From contig JBAYJV010000002.1 of the NCBI GenBank assembly GCA_041664925.1, positions 72,302 to 136,301 of the forward strand: 64,000 nt of DNA, in the 5' to 3' direction. Source of the stretch: Minisyncoccota bacterium. Its GTDB lineage: Bacteria > Patescibacteriota > Minisyncoccia > JBAYJV01. The notes under the pieces were generated by a model that worked only from the letters and a program-made list of their open reading frames with translations, did not search any database and was not told the origin of the DNA. Below are positions 63,967 through 64,000 of this stretch, piece after piece. Each line of letters opens with the position of its first letter. Position 1 is the first letter of the stretch. The position numbers and the translations under genes are program-made.

Positions 63967-64000
63967 AGTATATAAAATTACATTTATAATTCAATTATAC

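Overview
This 64-kb window is gene-dense and low-GC (about one-third GC by eye), with very short genes, conventional ribosome-binding sites and many orphan hypothetical proteins. That pattern is typical of a reduced-genome bacterium, possibly Patescibacteria/CPR-like; the lineage is inference only.

Called by motif and domain architecture:
- Housekeeping genes: adenylate kinase, ECF sigma factor plus a membrane partner, tRNA-Glu, tRNA-His, tRNA-Gln, rplJ-rplL behind an L10-leader-like 5' UTR, EngB, RarA, cysS, topA, dprA, clpB, rmlD, mreB-mreC-mreD-mrdA, recJ, rnhA.
- Sugar module: ROK glucokinase next to a cupin-type glucose-6-phosphate isomerase.
- Others: RmuC, a DsbA-like oxidoreductase, two tandem HAD-IIB paralogs, CapA, a CorA-like transporter, a four-helix-bundle (23S IVS-type) protein, two tandem paralogous histidine kinases with no response regulator, and a PP2C-like/beta-propeller membrane protein.

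The gene calls are ordinary. What stands out is the non-coding architecture:
1. Three GC-rich, ORF-free loci with consensus promoters and intrinsic terminators look like candidate structured RNAs: about 3997-4238 (+), about 27506-27643 (-), and about 63015-63566 (-, roughly 550 nt). None could be matched by eye to RNase P, tmRNA, SRP or 6S RNA.
2. At least 13 genes share a stereotyped module of TTGACA-17-TAGRAT, a short spacer, an AGTTCTTAAAAA leader and a Shine-Dalgarno sequence, usually with each gene closed by its own terminator.
3. A second conserved motif, CACTTTTCACTTTAAATTTTAAACTTTCTAT, sits directly before two tRNAs and two leaderless membrane-protein genes.
4. A roughly 70-bp repeat family with inverted ends (TGTCATCCTGAG...CTCAGAATGACA) occurs in at least three full and several partial copies; one copy lies in the 5' UTR of the dsbA-like gene.
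5. There is a family of GC-rich palindromic intergenic elements built around CCTGCC...GGCAGG.
6. Short TTAGAA/GGAAGT-type repeats are pervasive at gene junctions.
7. Two near-identical cassettes (promoter, small beta-repeat protein, terminator) and two tandem HAD genes are duplicated together with their regulatory sequences.
8. One 470-aa gene is split by a frameshift at an A6 run.

All calls rest on motif recognition from the six-frame translations and manual inspection. No database search or covariance model was run.
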